Shown here in pieces: positions 12,573-21,801 of a stretch of DNA of 64,000 nt; position 1 is the stretch's first letter; every line of letters begins with the position of its first letter. Position numbers and translations under genes: made by a program. The notes under the pieces are model-generated. The model saw nothing but the letters and a program-made list of their open reading frames with translations, did no database searches and was not told the origin of the DNA. This stretch comes from Erysipelotrichaceae bacterium (GTDB taxonomy: Bacteria; Bacillota_I; Bacilli_A; Erysipelotrichales; Erysipelotrichaceae). The DNA lies in assembly GCA_051658525.1 (NCBI GenBank), contig JBOFMT010000084.1, positions 1-64,000 on the forward strand, given 5' to 3'.

Positions 12573-13178
12573 TTAGTCAATTATCGGGCGATAGACTTTT
12601 CTTAGCTTTTGAATTGTGTTATCAACCTTTTTTGGCCCTAGTTTTAATTTATCAGCGATATCTTTATAGCTATAGCCATGAATGTGCATACGGATAATTG
12701 CATTTTCCTCTTCGCTAAACGCAGTCAGGATTTCCTCTAGGATCTCTTGATAAGTTAAGCTTAGCACATGATAGGTGGGATTGAACTCATCAATATTGTT
12801 TTCAACAACATCCATCAACGAGATTCCTTCGCAGCCTGCCATTTCACAATCCAAAGAAACACTATCGTTCATTGCACGATGATTGTGTTGTCTTTGCGTT
12901 CGTAGCGCTCCAAGCACAGCGCGTTCCGCACAAACCTTATAAAATGCTAGGAAATCATCGGAAACACCCAAATTAAACAAGTGGATGCAGCGAGCAAGTT
13001 CAATCAAGCAAATTTGCTCAATATCTTGATCCTCCATCATTTTCCGATAAGAAACACGATACGTACCTTGAATCCTCTTTACGATCGGTAATACTAAACT
13101 TCTAAGCTCCAACAACAACTCTTCTTCATCTTTAATATTCTGCAGTAAGCTGAGTATGCGACGTCTAAGTTTAGGCAT
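12573..13178 (-). CDS. sigH: Sigma-70 family RNA polymerase sigma factor, SigH-like by synteny
   Basis: 201 aa with sigma region 2 and region 4 features ([30 protein letters not shown]). Sits between rlmB and rpmG as sigH does in Bacillus. The sequence is divergent, so the name rests on synteny. Confidence 0.6.
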   Translation of the reverse strand: MPKLRRRILSLLQNIKDEEELLLELRSLVLPIVKRIQGTYRVSYRKMMEDQDIEQICLIELARCIHLFNLGVSDDFLAFYKVCAERAVLGALRTQRQHNHRAMNDSVSLDCEMAGCEGISLMDVVENNIDEFNPTYHVLSLTYQEILEEILTAFSEEENAIIRMHIHGYSYKDIADKLKLGPKKVDNTIQKLRKVYRPIID

Positions 13179-13214
13179 ATAGTAGCCCCTTTCACGAGGA
13201 GATGCTTAATCTAA

Positions 13215-13940
13215 CTATTTTTTTCTGCGTTGATTGTGAATTTCATACAACATGATTCCACAAGCCACTGAAGCATTTAATGATTGTACACTTCCAAGCA
13301 TCGGAAGTGATATGCAATAATCGCAATTCTTTTTTACCAAAGGTGAGATACCGGTCCCCTCGTTTCCGATCACCAACACCAATGGTACATCATACATTGC
13401 TTCCGTGTAATCCTTTGCATTTTCCAAATCAGTGCCAACAACCCAGTAACCTTGTTTTTTCAGGTATTCGATTGTTTTAACCATATTGGTAACCTGAGCG
13501 ACTTTGACAGTATCAATAGCACCAGTAGACACCTTTGCCACGGTTGGGGTTAATCCTACCGAACGATGTTTACCAATAATAATACCATCAACGCCAATTG
13601 CATCAGATGTGCGCAGCATAGCTCCTAAATTGTGTGGGTCTTCTAACCCATCCAACAATACCAATAATGGGAGTTTTCCATCAGGTATCGAAGCAACGAC
13701 TTCATCGATTGTATAAAGTTTATACTCATCGATTAAAGCTGCAATACCTTGATGGTTGTCTGCTTTTAACACAGCATCCATTTTCTTTTTCCCCATTACT
13801 TTAACCTTCAAATTTGCGCGTTTCACAAGTGATTCCAAATCTCGATCTTTCATTCCATCCATCATTAAGATTTCATGAATGGTCTTACCATCACGAATCA
13901 ATTGCTTCACAACATTTTTTCCGTATACATATTGTACCAT
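13215..13940 (-). CDS. rlmB: 23S rRNA (guanosine-2'-O)-methyltransferase, TrmH/SpoU family (RlmB/YacO-like)
   Basis: SpoU motifs LLVLLDGLEDPHNLGAMLRTSDAIGVDGIII, LVIGNEGTGIS, LNASVACGIMLYEI. Start set at 13940 (MVQYVYGKN); the ORF-track 5' extension overlaps mrnC. Confidence 0.85.
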   Translation of the reverse strand: MVQYVYGKNVVKQLIRDGKTIHEILMMDGMKDRDLESLVKRANLKVKVMGKKKMDAVLKADNHQGIAALIDEYKLYTIDEVVASIPDGKLPLLVLLDGLEDPHNLGAMLRTSDAIGVDGIIIGKHRSVGLTPTVAKVSTGAIDTVKVAQVTNMVKTIEYLKKQGYWVVGTDLENAKDYTEAMYDVPLVLVIGNEGTGISPLVKKNCDYCISLPMLGSVQSLNASVACGIMLYEIHNQRRKK

Positions 13941-13941
13941 A

Positions 13942-14325
13942 CTATATCTCCTCAAAATTCCTAACTTTTTCCCAGATTTCGTCAATTCTCCACATTTTAT
14001 TGTGTAAATATAGGTATCCCCACAAGGCTTCAAACCCAGTTGACAACCGATAGGTTGCTACATCTGCATTTTTCGCAATCGATTCTGTTTTCGAATTGCG
14101 TCCTCGTTTGATGATTTGTTCCTCTTCCTCTGTGAAGAAGTTCTCCTTTTGTAACTGTGTTAAAAAATTTGCTTGCGCTTTGGCACTTACAAACTTTACA
14201 CTTTTCTTTTGCAGATCGTTCGGTCTTTGATAACCGCGTTCCACTAAATACTCTCTAACCTTTAACGACATAACTGCGTCGCCAATAAATGCCAAGGTAG
14301 TTCCATTTAATCCATTGATTTCCAC
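13942..14325 (-). CDS. mrnC: Mini-ribonuclease 3
   Basis: 127 aa. LNGTTLAFIGDAVMSLKVREYLV is the Mini-III RNase III-like signature. GTG start at 14325 with a GAAGGAG RBS. Conserved cysS-mrnC-rlmB order. Confidence 0.85.
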   Translation of the reverse strand: MEINGLNGTTLAFIGDAVMSLKVREYLVERGYQRPNDLQKKSVKFVSAKAQANFLTQLQKENFFTEEEEQIIKRGRNSKTESIAKNADVATYRLSTGFEALWGYLYLHNKMWRIDEIWEKVRNFEEI

Positions 14326-15656
14326 TACAATACTCCTTCTGCAATCAACACTGCACGCATTTCGTCAGCACGATTAAAATCTTTTTCACGTTTTGCATCC
14401 AACCAATCTTGGTAGGTTGCTCGAATGGTTGGTGTAAACTCGATATTAGGAACTTCAATCCCTAAGATTTCAAGCATTGCTTTTTGAGTACTCAACAAAC
14501 AAGCTAATTGTTCATAATTAACTTCTTTCGTACGCACTGCTTGATTCAGAAGCTTATTCATCTCAAATACAACCGTTATCGCATTCGGAGTATTCAAATC
14601 ATCGGCAAGAAACTCAAGAAAGCGCTCATACAACACATGACGTTGAGCTCCTAGTTCATATTCAGCAAACAACAACGGCACCAAACCATTTCGATAACTC
14701 ATGATGGTTTTTTCACACTCAGTCTTTGCTGTAGCAAGTGTTTCATCACTTAAATTCAACGGACTGCGATAGTGTGCACTTACTAAGAACCAACGAATGA
14801 CATTTCCACCGTATAGCGCAATTAAATCTTTTACCCATAAAACATTATTTAATGATTTAGACATCTTTTCACCATCGATATTAATCATACCATTGTGTAA
14901 CCAATAGTTTGCTATTTTATGTTGGTGTAATGCTTCACATTGCGCAATTTCATTTTCATGATGTGGAAACCTAAGGTCCATTCCTCCACCATGAATATCA
15001 ATTTTCTCCTGTTCAAACTCATTTTGAATCATAACAACACATTCGCTATGCCAGCCCGGACGCCCCTTTGACCAAACCGTATCCCATGCAATTCCAGTAT
15101 CTGTCTTTTTCCAAAGGGTAAAGTCGAGCGGATTTTCTTTATCAAGATTAGACTCAATCCGTGCTCCTACTACCAAATCTTCAATATTTTGTTTTGATAA
15201 TGCTCCATAATCGCTTATTTTAGTAACTCGGAAGTAAACATCTCCTCCCGTTTCATAAGCAAAACCCGCAGCGATCAGTTGTTCAATAAACGCGATGATT
15301 TCATCCATCGTTTCCGTAACTTTTGGCGCAATACTCGGTGATAGTGCATGTAAGCTTGCACGGTCTGTATCGTAAGCTGCAATGTATCGACTTGCGATTT
15401 CAGTCTCACTTACACCTTCCTCCTGTGCTTTCTTAATGATTTTATCATCGACATCAGTATAGTTAGATGCCATTGTAACAGTATAGCCACACGCCATCAA
15501 ATATCTTCGAAGGGTATCAAATACAACAATCGGTCGCGCGTTTCCAATATGCGCATAATTATAAACAGTCGGCCCACATACATACATTTGCACCTTTTCT
15601 GGATGAATCGGTACAAACGTTTCTAACGAATTGGTTAATGAATTATATAGTCTCAT
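14325..15656 (-). CDS. cysS: Cysteine--tRNA ligase
   Basis: 443 aa. CGPTVYNYAHIGNARP (HIGH) and KMSKSLNN (KMSKS). Stop TAG overlaps the mrnC GTG by 1 nt. Confidence 0.96.
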   Translation of the reverse strand: MRLYNSLTNSLETFVPIHPEKVQMYVCGPTVYNYAHIGNARPIVVFDTLRRYLMACGYTVTMASNYTDVDDKIIKKAQEEGVSETEIASRYIAAYDTDRASLHALSPSIAPKVTETMDEIIAFIEQLIAAGFAYETGGDVYFRVTKISDYGALSKQNIEDLVVGARIESNLDKENPLDFTLWKKTDTGIAWDTVWSKGRPGWHSECVVMIQNEFEQEKIDIHGGGMDLRFPHHENEIAQCEALHQHKIANYWLHNGMINIDGEKMSKSLNNVLWVKDLIALYGGNVIRWFLVSAHYRSPLNLSDETLATAKTECEKTIMSYRNGLVPLLFAEYELGAQRHVLYERFLEFLADDLNTPNAITVVFEMNKLLNQAVRTKEVNYEQLACLLSTQKAMLEILGIEVPNIEFTPTIRATYQDWLDAKREKDFNRADEMRAVLIAEGVL

Positions 15657-15772
15657 AGGACCTCCTTACTACAACTGTTTTCACTATGTTTATTTTAGTA
15701 CAGTAATGGCTTTATTGTAGCCTAGATTTACACTTTAGCACAAGCATTACTATCATTTTTTCAATGAAAGTA

Positions 15773-15805
15773 AAAAAAAAGATCGAACAAGTCGATCTTT
15801 TCATT
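15773..15805 (-). terminator. Terminator after gap
   Basis: Minus-strand hairpin GATCGACTTGTTCGATC followed by T9, just after the gap stop. Confidence 0.7.
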
Positions 15806-15806
15806 C

Positions 15807-16814
15807 TTACATTTTAGCAGCTAAGAATTTTGCTGTACGAACCATTTGGCTTACGTAAGACATTTCATTGTCATACCAAGCTACAGTTTTAACCATTTGT
15901 TTTTCTCCTACAGAAACGATTTTAGTTTGTGTAGCATCGAACAATGAACCGTATTTGATTCCGATGATGTCAGCAGATACTAATTCATCTTCAGTGTAAC
16001 CGAAGCTTTCGTTAGCAGCAGCTTTCATAGCAGCGTTAACTTCTTCAACAGTAACAGTTTTTCCTAAGATAACTGTTAATTCTGTAGCAGAACCAGTGAT
16101 AACAGGAACACGTTGCGCTCCTCCATCCAATTTTCCTTTTAATTCAGGAATTACCAAACCGATAGCTTTTGCAGCTCCAGTTGAGTTAGGAACGATTGAT
16201 GCAGCAGCTGCACGTCCACGACGTAAGTCACCTTTTGCATGAGGACCGTCCAATGTATTTTGGTCATTTGTGTAAGCATGAATTGTAGTCATCATACCGT
16301 ACTCGATACCGAAAGCATCGTTTAATACTTTAGCCATTGGAGCCAAGCAGTTTGTTGTACAAGAAGCTGCAGAAATGATTGTTTCTGAACCATCTAATAC
16401 ATCATGGTTAGTGTTGAATACTACAGTTTTCAAATCTCCTGTAGCAGGTGCAGAAATGATAACTTTTTTAGCACCAGCAGTGATGTGTGCTTCTGCTTTA
16501 GTTTTGTCAGCGAAGAAACCAGTTGACTCGATTACTACATCAACGTCAAGAGCTCCCCAAGGCAAATCAGCAGGGTTTTTCTCTGCATAGATTTTAATCT
16601 CTTTACCAGCAACGATAATTGATTCTGCTCCAGCAGTGATGTCTTCAGCTCTCCAAGATCCTTGTGCTGAATCGTATTTTAATAAGTGAGCTAATGTTTT
16701 AGCATTAGTTAAGTCATTGATTGCAACGATTTCAAATTCCGCTGAATCAAACATTTGACGGAACGCTAAACGTCCAATACGTCCAAATCCATTAATAGCA
16801 ACTTTTACTGTCAT
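15807..16814 (-). CDS. gap: Glyceraldehyde-3-phosphate dehydrogenase (type I)
   Basis: [25 protein letters not shown] active site. Start set at the ATG at 16814 (MTVKVAING) with an AAGGAGG RBS; the ORF-track start is an upstream extension. Confidence 0.95.
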   Translation of the reverse strand: MTVKVAINGFGRIGRLAFRQMFDSAEFEIVAINDLTNAKTLAHLLKYDSAQGSWRAEDITAGAESIIVAGKEIKIYAEKNPADLPWGALDVDVVIESTGFFADKTKAEAHITAGAKKVIISAPATGDLKTVVFNTNHDVLDGSETIISAASCTTNCLAPMAKVLNDAFGIEYGMMTTIHAYTNDQNTLDGPHAKGDLRRGRAAAASIVPNSTGAAKAIGLVIPELKGKLDGGAQRVPVITGSATELTVILGKTVTVEEVNAAMKAAANESFGYTEDELVSADIIGIKYGSLFDATQTKIVSVGEKQMVKTVAWYDNEMSYVSQMVRTAKFLAAKM

Positions 16815-16843
16815 ATTCAAAGTCCTCCTTTTTAACATAACCT

Positions 16844-16872
16844 ATTATAACGTTGACAACCTCAATTGTCAA
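16844..16872 (-). promoter_or_regulatory. Near-consensus sigma-A promoter of gap (TTGACA-N16-TTATAAT) overlapped by a 7-6-7 inverted repeat
   Basis: Minus strand reads ATTGACAattgaggttgtcaacgTTATAATagg. Plus 16853-16872 is TTGACAAcctcaaTTGTCAA, a perfect palindrome. Confidence 0.6.
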
Positions 16873-17011
16873 TTGTGAAAATTATCACTTTACCGGTAAA
16901 TTACTGTTTTTAAAAGCCATTAACACATTGTAACCGATTGCATTATTTCGTGTGGGAATCTCCTTCACATCTTTCGAAATTTCCCATTAAAAAAAAGCTT
17001 AGCACCATTGC

Positions 17012-17698
17012 TTATTTTGCATAAAAAAGCGATTGATCTTTTAGACACTCTTCAATGTGTTTCGATAGCAAACTTTGACCACTATTTTGCTTTGCTTTTT
17101 CTAAGTATTTTAAACTCGTTACATCATTTCCTTTAAAATAATAACACTTCGCAGCACGATAATAGTAAATTGACTTCCCTACCTTCGAAGTGATCTGCTT
17201 CCCTTTGGAAACCATCTTTTCGGCTAAATCCCCATTATGGTTGATATTGATTTCCACCAGATCATCCATTTCTTCTGCCATGCGTTGCAATTCTTCATTT
17301 TTAATTTCAGAACATAGTTGTTGTAGTGTCGCATTGGCTTTGATTGCTTTTTCACCAAAACCAGCGTCTACATATACCTCAACCTCTTTTTTGTATAACC
17401 CAATTTTTTTTGTAATTGACAAACGTGTTAGTTCCAATTCTTGAAACAAACTTGTAACTGCCTGTAGTTCATTGTTAAGCAGGTAGCCATCCACCATCAT
17501 AAACATACGCATCTTACGGTCGATGAAGATTTTAGCTTTCCACCCTTGCAACTGTTTTAGATAAGCTTCCCCATCCTGTTTTTGGTAGAGGATCGTTGCT
17601 ACTTCTGCGATAAATTTTTTCCGTAATTTTGCCATTAAAATCGTAGCCATCGTAATCAATACGACAACAATTCCATAATATATCCATTCCATTAACAT
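17012..17698 (-). CDS. Hypothetical membrane-anchored protein (N-terminal TM helix, helical/TPR-like remainder)
   Basis: 228 aa. N-terminal hydrophobic segment IYYGIVVVLITMATILMA, then K/E-rich helical sequence with no recognisable catalytic motif. Own promoter region and flanking terminator. Confidence 0.4.
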   Translation of the reverse strand: MLMEWIYYGIVVVLITMATILMAKLRKKFIAEVATILYQKQDGEAYLKQLQGWKAKIFIDRKMRMFMMVDGYLLNNELQAVTSLFQELELTRLSITKKIGLYKKEVEVYVDAGFGEKAIKANATLQQLCSEIKNEELQRMAEEMDDLVEININHNGDLAEKMVSKGKQITSKVGKSIYYYRAAKCYYFKGNDVTSLKYLEKAKQNSGQSLLSKHIEECLKDQSLFYAK

Positions 17699-17837
17699 TC
17701 CCCTCTCATCCTTCCAGTGTCATCCCTTTGGAAGATTTTTCTTATACTTATATATTAAACCATCCGAGCTTAAAAATGTTGTACTTTTGGATATTTCCTT
17801 TATACAAATTGCCAACTTCACTCCATTCATCGCCACA

Positions 17838-17876
17838 AAAAAACTCAAACCGAAGAAGGGTTTGAGTTTTTTTACG
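17838..17876. terminator. Bidirectional terminator downstream of the fucosidase gene
   Basis: AAAAAAACTCAAACCgaagaaGGGTTTGAGTTTTTTT, a perfect hairpin flanked by A/T runs on both sides. Confidence 0.75.
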
Positions 17877-17880
17877 TTTG

Positions 17881-19122
17881 TTAGCTTTCGATTTCAAATT
17901 CCGCTACGCGAACAATTTGACTATCTCCATATTGGAATGGAGCTGGTTCGATAAATAGAACGCCAGCATCAGCTTCAAAGTAGTGCGTTACTGACTCTTG
18001 ATTATCCAGCCAATGCCCACCTTTCAATTTGGTACCTGCTGGGAAGTTTTTAAACGCACTATAGTTTTGTGCTTTCATCTTCTTCACATTGGAATCACCC
18101 CAAGAGATTACATCGTGTACAAATAGATATATTTTATTATCCTTTTGTAATACAAAATCTTTTTGGAATCCTTCTACCGTAGATGGTGTTGGCCCAAATA
18201 AGGCGGCTTGGTTCGTTTTCACCCAACTTCCCAACGCTTCCAAATATCCTTTATGCAACATCGGTTGCGCACCTGTTTCATCTGTAAAGATTCCCAGCAG
18301 GAAGTTTCCTCCGACTTTACGAGCAGACAAGAAAGATTCTAAGATAGATTTCATCGATTTCACATTGATATCATTTGCAATACCCCAATGTTCGCAAATT
18401 GGATAACACAGCTCTCCGATATAGTGTTTTTCCATACCTTCTAAATTTAACTTACGCGGGATGCCCTGCTCATAAGTAACACAATCAATTTCTTTATGAC
18501 CAAAAACGCCCGGTGTGCTCAACCCGGTATTGTTGATTAAAACAGCATTGGGTTGATATTTGCGAATCGTACCGTATAAATCATCTAAATTCCATTTTTT
18601 ATCTTTACGGCTCCAGTTTCCATCCAACCAGAATCCGCCAATTTCTCCATAGTTCTTACAAAGGATTTCAATCGAAGCGCATAAATACGTTTCGTAATCT
18701 TCAAAGCGATCCATAAAGTCTGGATGATGCCAGTCCAATGTCGTATGGTATAAAAATGGCATCACATCAAACTTATGACATGCGTCGATAAATTCTTTTA
18801 CAATATCACGACCATTTGGCGTATGCATGATATCATAATCCGACAACCCTCTGGTATCGTACATCGAGAACCCATCATGATGGCGCGTAGTGAAGACAAT
18901 ATATTTTGCTCCACTAAGCTTTGCCCCTTCAACAACATGTTCTGCATTAAATGCACTATAGTCATACGCAAGTGCTTTTTCTGCGTAAACTTCTGGATCA
19001 TGATTGCGAAGCTTCATCGCCCACTCCCCATTATTGTATTGCACATAAGGACCATAATGAACAAACAATCCGAATGCTCGTGTTTGAAATTGTTCTAAAT
19101 AATTTGAAATTTTTGGAATCAT
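17881..19122 (-). CDS. Alpha-L-fucosidase, GH29 family, cytoplasmic (no signal peptide)
   Basis: 413 aa. GH29 core FTTRHHDGFSMYDT...HTTLDWHHPDF. Similar in size and organisation to Lactobacillus AlfB-type intracellular fucosidases. Confidence 0.85.
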   Translation of the reverse strand: MIPKISNYLEQFQTRAFGLFVHYGPYVQYNNGEWAMKLRNHDPEVYAEKALAYDYSAFNAEHVVEGAKLSGAKYIVFTTRHHDGFSMYDTRGLSDYDIMHTPNGRDIVKEFIDACHKFDVMPFLYHTTLDWHHPDFMDRFEDYETYLCASIEILCKNYGEIGGFWLDGNWSRKDKKWNLDDLYGTIRKYQPNAVLINNTGLSTPGVFGHKEIDCVTYEQGIPRKLNLEGMEKHYIGELCYPICEHWGIANDINVKSMKSILESFLSARKVGGNFLLGIFTDETGAQPMLHKGYLEALGSWVKTNQAALFGPTPSTVEGFQKDFVLQKDNKIYLFVHDVISWGDSNVKKMKAQNYSAFKNFPAGTKLKGGHWLDNQESVTHYFEADAGVLFIEPAPFQYGDSQIVRVAEFEIES

Positions 19123-19209
19123 ACCTTACCTCTTATCTATTATCTATCTGATAATGCGCTTGAAATAAAATTGATGCTATGCTAAGCATAACATCAATTT
19201 CGTGTTTTA

Positions 19210-20094
19210 TTAACTATGCCAAGGAACGGAGAACAATGAAGTGTAATCTCCTGCCCAAATACCAAACATACATCCCACAACACCGATAACTAGTAACAAC
19301 ATAATACATTTTGTTGGTGTCCATGCTTTTTTCTTAATTAGAACATAGCACATCATAGTTAAAGCGAGTGGAATCATCGCTGGAAGAATACCATTCAATA
19401 ATGCTTGAATATCAATCGTGCTTTCCCCATTTGGAATAACCATTCCAAGGCTGGTAGCACCATAGTTACATGTTAATGCACCAACTACGAATACCCCTAA
19501 CATCGAAGCAGCATGCGTAAATTCACGTGCATTTTGTGTTAATGTTTCAACTGCAGATGTCCCTAAGTCATATGACCAGTGCATCAACCAGAAACGAACG
19601 ACCATTTGTGTACCGAAGTATAAGATGATAAACAAGATCGGTCCCAATAAATTTCCATCAATTGCCATACCTGCTGTGATACCAGCTGAGATTGGAAGTA
19701 ATGTAAAGTGGAATAATGCATCCCCAATACCTCCCAATGGTCCCATTGCAGCAACACGTACCGCACGAATGGAGTTAATATCTGCTTTTTGTTGTTCCAT
19801 TGATAACACAATCCCCATAACAAATGTTACTAAGAAAGGATGTGTGTTAAAGAATTCTAAGTTGTGAGACATCGAAGCACTTAAGTCTTCTTTGTCTTTA
19901 TGGATTTCTTCTAGTGCAGGCAAGATTCCATATAACCAACCAGCTGCTTGCATACGCTCGTAGTTAAACGAAGCTTGCAAGAAGACAGAGCGCCAAACCA
20001 TTTTGTTTAAGATTTTTTTACTCAATGGTTGTGCAGGTTGTAAATCATGATAATTTGTTTGATTAGATGCCATCTTGTTCTCCTCCATTTCCAA
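19210..20094 (-). CDS. PTS mannose/fructose/sorbose-family IID component
   Basis: KKILNKMVWRSVFLQASFNYERMQAAGWLYGILPAL is the classic IID N-terminus. Multi-TM. Confidence 0.9.
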   Translation of the reverse strand: MEMEENKMASNQTNYHDLQPAQPLSKKILNKMVWRSVFLQASFNYERMQAAGWLYGILPALEEIHKDKEDLSASMSHNLEFFNTHPFLVTFVMGIVLSMEQQKADINSIRAVRVAAMGPLGGIGDALFHFTLLPISAGITAGMAIDGNLLGPILFIILYFGTQMVVRFWLMHWSYDLGTSAVETLTQNAREFTHAASMLGVFVVGALTCNYGATSLGMVIPNGESTIDIQALLNGILPAMIPLALTMMCYVLIKKKAWTPTKCIMLLLVIGVVGCMFGIWAGDYTSLFSVPWHS

Positions 20095-20863
20095 ATGCTG
20101 GTTGAGATTTTAACTTCGTATTCATATTGTAGTCATAAATTGCAATGGCTACCCCAATGAAGGCTACGAGTACAAGGGTTGCACCAGCTGTTGCTTCGAT
20201 ATTTCCAAGAATTGCTGCTGCTGCGAAACCTGCGAAGTAAATACCCCACATATCGTTTGCAAGCATGATTTTTAATAGAATTGCAAACCCGACATAACGC
20301 ATCATACCACCGGCTGCTCCTAATCCACCCATGAACCAGCTAAATTGGTTCGAGAAGGATTGTAGTGAATCACCCAAAGCGGTACCACCGATGTAAGCTG
20401 CAACACCTAACACAGCGAAGATCCCACCAAGAATGCACATAGACGTAAGGTTTACATTTGTGATTCCTCGTGGATTTGCAGCCTCAGCTGCTTTGTCTGC
20501 TTTAGCCATAAGACCTGACATAATCGTAAAGGTAAGCGTAACTGCGTATTGTCCGAAGATTGAGAAGATAATCGCTGTTCCTAAAGCTTGATCAATTGGT
20601 AATCCCGCTTTGACAGAGAAAATCATTGCTACAACTCCACCAAGTACGGCATTTGGTGGTTGTGCCCCTCCAACAGGCATGTTACCAACCATCATCAACT
20701 CATATGTACCACCGACAACCAAACCAGTTGTCACATCACCAAGGATCAACCCGATAATTGGGCATGCTACCATTGGTCTGTAAAGTACTTGAGTTAACGA
20801 GAATTGGTCAATCGCAAAAATAAATGTTGCTACTGCAATCAATAAAATTTGAATCAATTCCAT
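20063..20863 (-). CDS. PTS mannose-family IIC component
   Basis: 266 aa polytopic membrane protein located upstream of IID. Strong RBS GGAGG. Overlaps IID start. Confidence 0.85.
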   Translation of the reverse strand: MELIQILLIAVATFIFAIDQFSLTQVLYRPMVACPIIGLILGDVTTGLVVGGTYELMMVGNMPVGGAQPPNAVLGGVVAMIFSVKAGLPIDQALGTAIIFSIFGQYAVTLTFTIMSGLMAKADKAAEAANPRGITNVNLTSMCILGGIFAVLGVAAYIGGTALGDSLQSFSNQFSWFMGGLGAAGGMMRYVGFAILLKIMLANDMWGIYFAGFAAAAILGNIEATAGATLVLVAFIGVAIAIYDYNMNTKLKSQPAFGNGGEQDGI

Positions 20864-21067
20864 TTTCTTCCTCCTTTAGAAATATATGTAAACGATTAGG
20901 TGATACCGCTTACTTATGCTTTAACTTTACCATTGAAGAGATGGATAGTCTTTTGCTTTTTCATTAAACAATTTGTACTTTTTACCAACATATTATGTGA
21001 TTATAATTATTAAAAGTGCACAATTATGGTTAAATATGTAAAGAACCACCAATGGTGGTTCTTGTTT

Positions 21068-21553
21068 TTATTTATGGAATAAAACGCTATTGTCTTCTAC
21101 TGCAGTATCTGGAACACGCTTGATTTCAATACTCACTCCAAGATCGCGTAATTTTGTAAATGCATCCATATCCGCTTCATCAATGGCAACACTTGTAGCA
21201 ACTTGTTTTTTACCTTCTGCCATATGCATATTTCCCACGTTTAGCTTTTTGATTGGCACTCCGCCTTCAACCAAACGCAACACATCTTGTGGAGTTTCAC
21301 AAATAATTGCTATTTTCTGTGCTTCCGCAGCTTTATGAATCACAGCACATGTTTTTTCAATTGTAAAATATCTTGTTTGAGCATAAGATGGTGCTGCCAT
21401 ATTCATCAATCCTTGACGGAATTGATCCGCTGCTACTTTATCATTAGCAACCAACAGCAAGTTTGCACCAGTAACAGAACACCACATGGTTGCCACCTGT
21501 CCATGAATCAGACGGTTGTCGATTCGAGTTAATACAATATTCGGTGTAGCCAT
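21068..21553 (-). CDS. PTS mannose-family IIB component
   Basis: 161 aa. IVLTRIDNRLIHGQVATMW contains the phospho-His motif of EIIB-Man. GGAGGGAG RBS. Confidence 0.9.
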   Translation of the reverse strand: MATPNIVLTRIDNRLIHGQVATMWCSVTGANLLLVANDKVAADQFRQGLMNMAAPSYAQTRYFTIEKTCAVIHKAAEAQKIAIICETPQDVLRLVEGGVPIKKLNVGNMHMAEGKKQVATSVAIDEADMDAFTKLRDLGVSIEIKRVPDTAVEDNSVLFHK

Positions 21554-21801
21554 AATATATCTCCCTCCAAAGGTAACCCTTTATTTGTAAGCGCATTCGC
21601 TTTGTTTCTACTATCATTATAGTGTATTTCACTTCCAATTGATTTGTATTTTTTGTTGATTGTTTTATCCTTTTTACTAAAGAATGCACCCGCATTTCTG
21701 ATTTGATCCATATAGTATTACATTTTTTGTTATATATATGGTTAAAGAAAGCCAATTTGTGGTATTTTATGTTATTATAGTACTAAAGTAAGGAGGTTCT
21801 T

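Noticed and set aside
15657-15806. Possible T-box riboswitch upstream of cysS
   Set aside because: The intergenic region is only about 150 nt, and about 35 nt of it is the gap terminator. No specifier-loop/T-box (AATTAGGGTGGNACCGCG) sequence is present, so it is too short for a T-box leader.
21444-21755. Two overlapping minus-strand ORFs (103 and 60 aa) in the IIB-AraC divergent intergenic region
   Set aside because: They run through the IIB start and the promoter region. They have no RBS, they are AT-rich with K/N/I-biased composition, and they are typical spurious ORFs in a divergent promoter region.
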